Source: Utricularia gibba (lineage: Eukaryota > Plantae > Magnoliophyta). From it: DNA of 64,000 nucleotides. Positions 59,971 through 64,000 of this stretch are shown one piece after another. Position 1 is the stretch's first letter. Each line of letters begins with the position of its first letter. The notes under the pieces were generated by a model that saw only the letters and a list, made by a program, of their open reading frames with translations, did no database searches and was not told the origin of the DNA. Position numbers and translations under genes: made by a program. The stretch lies in NCBI GenBank assembly GCA_002189035.1, contig NEEC01000011.1:1054001-1118000 (forward strand), given 5' to 3'.

Positions 59971-60364
59971 GGACATTGGGCACCACTAGTTCCCACATTT
60001 TAGACGTTTTGTAAAATCAATTCCCATCGGTTACTGTTTATCCTTACTGTTTAAACCATTTGACAAAACTAGGTTTTATTTTTTTCAAAACAACGAAACA
60101 ATTGATTCCCACTATTTTATAAATTGGATCAATTAATCCACAACAATTAGATAAACACTATTTATATAAATAGTTTGATATAAATGATTCTCATTCTTTA
60201 AAACATCTGGCATGATTAGTTTTCATTTATTTTCACATTTTGTAAATCAATCTCCAAAAAATTTCTATAAGTATTTCATTTTTACCATTACAATTTGCAT
60301 AACTTTTATGTTAAAGCAGATTTCACGTTAACACTCAGTCACACTCTATACAATCATAATATGT

Positions 60365-60747
60365 TGCTAAAGTAGAACACACTATGATAGCAAGTACTAC
60401 CCTAGAAAAGTGTACCACTTGGCAATAATTAGTAGCCCCACTCTGCAACATTCCGTTACACATCCATTGGCAGCACAATGCAATGCCAAATTGATACGGG
60501 CAGCACATTCATTGGCAACACATTTTTTATATGGGCAGGCGTTGCAGCAAAGGAGGCGAAAAAGGTTTTGCGCAAGATTAGTAGGACTCGTTTGTTTAAG
60601 AACATCCCATCCCCCATCCGTAATCAATATAGGATATCATATCAAACCCTATGGACTTACATTCTCCCTCTTTTAGACACTCAGTATCCTCATTGAGTAC
60701 CTCTTCATCCCATCATTTGTATGAGTCCAGGTTTGGCTTTGATACTA
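60365..60747 (-). mobile_element. TRIM-like fragment: PBS, very short internal region, PPT and one LTR
   Basis: Minus strand: TAGTATCAAAGCC (tRNA-iMet PBS-like, 60735-60747), ~60 bp, AAAAGAGGGAGAA (PPT), then TGTAAG at 60661. Lower end approximate. Confidence 0.45.
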
Positions 60748-60749
60748 AA

Positions 60750-61700
60750 TAGCTTGGCAGATGAGTTGAGGATTGAGATGATGTAAGCTTTTGCTGCTGC
60801 AGTGATGAGTTTGACAAACATGTGTGCTAATATGACGCAAAATCAACCAACAAGGTAAGTGGACGTTACTGCTAGCAAAGGAACAAGCCAACAAGTATGA
60901 AAAGAGGTTAAAGATTACCATGAGACCCTTAAAAAGGTAAGAATTCATGCCTTCAAGGATGGAACACCAGAGGATGAGGAAACATGGATCCTAAAGTTGG
61001 AAGAGAAATTTGAGCATGGGAGTGTGGCAAGAAACATTCAGGGAGCATAGACTTGGAACTAGGACTTGTTTTACTTATGGAAATAAGGTTCATCTTGTGG
61101 TGAAATTCCCTACCAGGAGTATTGCAAGTATGGAAAAAATAGTTAGTAAGTGTAGTTGAAAAGGCCAGAGTCTTTGCCATGATGGAACAGCAAGCAGTGT
61201 AATTGTAGGCACATTGCTTTTTGACCTTATTCCAACTTATGTATTAATTGATTATGGTGCTACACATTCATTTGTGTCAAAGAAATTTGCACGTACGTTA
61301 GAAAAAGAACCCGAGGAAATGGTTTTCATTGTAACCACTTTGGAAAGTCAGGATAAATTTAGGCTTAGGAAGTTGTACAAGAATTGTGTTGTAGAGATTT
61401 TGGAAAAATGGCTACCAATGGATTTGAGGCTGCTTGAGCTTACCGATTTTGATGTTATTTTCAGTATGGATTAACTAGGTGGGAATTTGATACTTGCAGA
61501 ATTTTCAGAGCTAGCATAATTAACTTCAATCGAGTTTCGAGACGAAACTCTAAATAAGATGAGGTGAATGTAAGGAATCAAGTTTCCAACACTTCCCTAT
61601 AATCCTGCTTCCTTTTTTGTTTTAATAGTAGAACTAGGGTTTAGGGTCTCTAATATGACATCGGATGTTCTTCTATGAGAAAGGAGGTTAGAGAAATGGA
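60750..61700 (+). mobile_element. Ty3/Gypsy (Tekay/Del-like) remnant: gag knuckle, protease, then jump to 3' end/LTR
   Basis: CGKKHSG...TCFTYGNKVH, VLIDYGATHSFVS and DFDVIFSMD*L, then TTTCGAGACGAAACTCT and TGTAAGG at 61569. Confidence 0.7.
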
Positions 61701-64000
61701 GAGCCACACAAGGGAAAAATACATTGGTTGGTTAAGGTGGTAAATTTAAATGTCCAAATTAAAAATTTAAAATATCAACAAAAGTAATGGGTTTTCTCAT
61801 GGAGTTTCCAAGTATAGAGGGTGGCAAGGTAAGCAAGGGTGCCGTTTGTACTAGAGTTAAATTGTATTGAAGGAGGTCGAACGTGTATGTGTATGATTAA
61901 AGCGGTAGATGGGAGGGTCTTGGGGAGCAACTATTTGTATCTGGCGAGGTAATCTAGTTGTTTTTTGTGGTCTTACAAGTCTAACAACTTATCAAAAACT
62001 TTAAGGGTGTTTTGTGCTACTTTTTTTCATAATTTACTTTATACTAAGAATAACTTATAAATAGTGAATGGTTGATTAGTATATATTTAAAAGTAAAAAA
62101 ATAAGATGATGCTATTTGATTTTATTGGTTTATTTTTAATACTAAATACTATTTTACTGTTTTTTTATTAAATACTAAAACGTGTTTTTTTTTAGTTTAA
62201 AAATATCATCAGCACATACTAGTCCTAAAATAGTATAGGCAAGTTTAGGTATTTTTGTATCTTATGACTTATCAGAGGTAATAATAAATGGAATATCCAA
62301 CAAGATTTGACATGGACTTGGGTTTAGAAGGAAAGGTTTTACAGGACTCTTGTGGTTAACATCATTTGTTGAGAGCAAGGGAATTGAACTATAGTATCCT
62401 CCAAACATACTATTTTCTTCGAAATTCATGTGTATGAATTCTTTTATGTTGGTATTTGGACTTGTGCTTATATGGTAAGGTGTATCACTAGCACTTGTAA
62501 GATATGGTATTCTTTGGAGAATTTTCCGAGTTTCTGTACAACAAGTAGAAGAAATTGTTGTAATAATCCAAGAGAAAACAATAGATTGTTGATCAGCAAA
62601 TGGGGGTGATCCCTTCATAAATTTTCCACTTCTAATATATACCTAAAGAGTTAAAGAAATTAGAAAAAAAACATTAAAACTAGTGTACTCGAATAAAACT
62701 AGGTAATAGCTCATGTCGATCACTTCAATACTAATGAACAAAGCCAACACATTCTAACATTTGTCATCTTATCTTAGCTCTCATAATTACCATCAATGTT
62801 TCATTCCATCCTACTCCAATCTATTGTTGCATATTCATTTATATCTTCCAATCCCTCTTCATATTATACCATGTCAATTTTGAGGATTGAAACTACTATT
62901 TATAATATTTCTAATGTGTAATTGTTTCACAAAGGCCACATCTCATCAAGGGCTCGTTTGGTATAATGTTATAATTTGTTCAGTCTTAAATAAGAATGAA
63001 ACTAATTTACATAAAAATGAATGATTTCAAAAAGCTAAAAGTGTTTTTTGTAGAGTGTTACTTTTTTTTTTCAATGGCATTGTACAGAGTTTTACTTAAA
63101 ACATTATTATGTATCATGTGTTTGATTCTAACAATTATAAATCAGTCAAAAAAAAGAAAGAAAATTGAAAAAATGAATCAAGGAATGGCACGTGACCATG
63201 GTGAGCAAAGCCACATATTGCTATCGTACTAAAACTTAATGCTGCTGTTGGTAAAAGCAAGGAAGAAGTGCTAGACTCATGTGAAAAAGGCGATTTGAAG
63301 AAAAGAGACGGAGGAACGAGCAAAAATGAAAGTCCGTGATGAGTGGTGTTAACAAATTCAGAAGTCTATGGAATTCATCCCTGTAGTTTATCTGATGCGC
63401 TTGAGATTGGCGCTGTGCTTGAAGAGTAAAAGCTTGCAAACAAGTTGGGGAAGGATAGAAACCCTATAACTTGATCAATTTAACTACAAAGTGAGTTGTG
63501 AACTTTCTGTTGAACTTTGTTAGTTTTGGATTTCAGAGAAATATTCTTAGGTTGCAAGGAGCGACTTTAGAATGGTTGAAGTTACAAAAAAAAAAAAAAA
63601 AACTTTAGGTAAGCATGATGATTGATTATGATGCTCAAAGTTTCATTCTTTTTAAATTCATGTGCTACTTATGTGTTATATGTTATTTCTCATGCTTAAG
63701 GTGGGGATTCATGATTTTTGTAGCCTTGCATATCTAGTTTCCAAAGCAAAAGGAATGATTTTGTTTGGAGCTTTAGGGAAGAATATCTCATTTATGCAAA
63801 AACATTGCTGACTTTGTGAGGTTTTCTACATAAAACCGTCTTAATCCATATCTTTTTACTGAAAGGCTTCCTCCTACTTCCCAATGAGGTATCTGTCAGT
63901 GATTCTCATAGCATATACAAATTTTAAAACAATTTAGAATTAATGCTACAAGTCTCTTCACTTGATACCTATTTGTGTAATGGTGTTTTTGTGAGATAGA

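Noticed and set aside
62262-63440. Short ORFs near the window end
   Set aside because: No motif I could recognise with confidence; probably decayed TE sequence.

Overview
AT-rich plant (eudicot-like) nuclear DNA. The first ~38 kb is a layered transposon graveyard with Copia, Athila, Mutator, hAT and PIF/Harbinger remnants and several TSD-flanked solo LTRs. It also holds two organelle-derived fossils. One is a near-complete protein-primed family-B DNA polymerase of the plant mitochondrial linear-plasmid type (15.7-22.5 kb). It is cut by three TSD-bounded insertions, and removing them restores the reading frame at each junction. The other is a decayed plastid trnP-psaJ-rpl33 fragment (25.4-26.3 kb). 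A truncated type-B response regulator pseudogene lies at ~35 kb. From 39.3 to 54.0 kb are three intact plus-strand spliced genes: alanyl-tRNA synthetase (22 exons, one GC-AG intron, N-terminal extension), a GALT2-like hydroxyproline O-galactosyltransferase (7 exons) and a conserved uncharacterised plant protein (6 exons). TE remnants resume after 55.8 kb. All protein assignments come from motif recognition by eye, not database searches, and TE boundaries without TSDs are approximate. I found no convincing new functional system. The strongest oddity is the reconstructable mitochondrial-plasmid polymerase fossil lying near plastid DNA.
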